Origin: Heteronotia binoei
Lineage: Eukaryota
Direction: 5' to 3'
Assembly (NCBI RefSeq): GCF_032191835.1
Contig: NC_083236.1
Coordinates: 71,176,001-71,240,000, forward strand
Length of the DNA stretch: 64,000 nt
The notes under the pieces were generated by a model. That model made no database searches. It had not been told where the DNA came from and saw nothing but the letters and a program-made list of their open reading frames with translations. The first letter of the stretch is position 1. The number at the start of each line of letters is the position of its first letter. Positions 63,842 through 64,000 of the stretch are shown here, in pieces. Made by a program: the position numbers and the translations under genes.

Positions 63842-64000
63842 GTAGGAGTGGGGAGGCAAAGGGGGGCTCAGGCCATCAGTAGGAAGGACCCCTCCCAGCT
63901 CTGGTTCACGGGCTGCACCCGAGGCCTCGGCAACCGACACAACAGCTCCTTTGGCTGGATTCCTGGAGGGGAGGGGGCTGAGCTTGATGCGCATTGCAGA

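Overview
Vertebrate nuclear DNA, not prokaryotic. The SINE families point to a squamate reptile, probably a gecko. The window holds the syntenic block TANGO6 (last 3 coding exons, +), HAS3 (complete, 551 aa, +), CHTF8 (complete, 116 aa, -), UTP4/CIRH1A (complete, 16 coding exons, +) and SNTB2 (first 4 coding exons, +), all with canonical GT-AG junctions and consistent phases. Introns are packed with mobile elements: a young DIRS1-type tyrosine-recombinase retrotransposon (3' part), two CR1 LINE families, L1 and L2 fragments, about a dozen Squam3/MIR-like SINEs, other tRNA-SINEs, nested MITEs and Penelope-like LTR remnants. Four observations stand out. (1) Three separate satellite arrays are built from the same 67-bp CR1 3' terminus (stem-loop plus TTCTTATG tail), with higher-order repeat structure and variants shared across loci. 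(2) A 104-bp satellite is built from the SINE 3' end, with a 4-mer higher-order repeat. (3) Four hammerhead-ribozyme motifs lie in inverted Penelope-like pairs in SNTB2 introns, intact only on the antisense strand. (4) SINE tails supply the polypyrimidine tracts of splice acceptors in both CHTF8 and UTP4. Gene and repeat-family names come from recalled orthologue and consensus sequences, not from searches; repeat boundaries are approximate.
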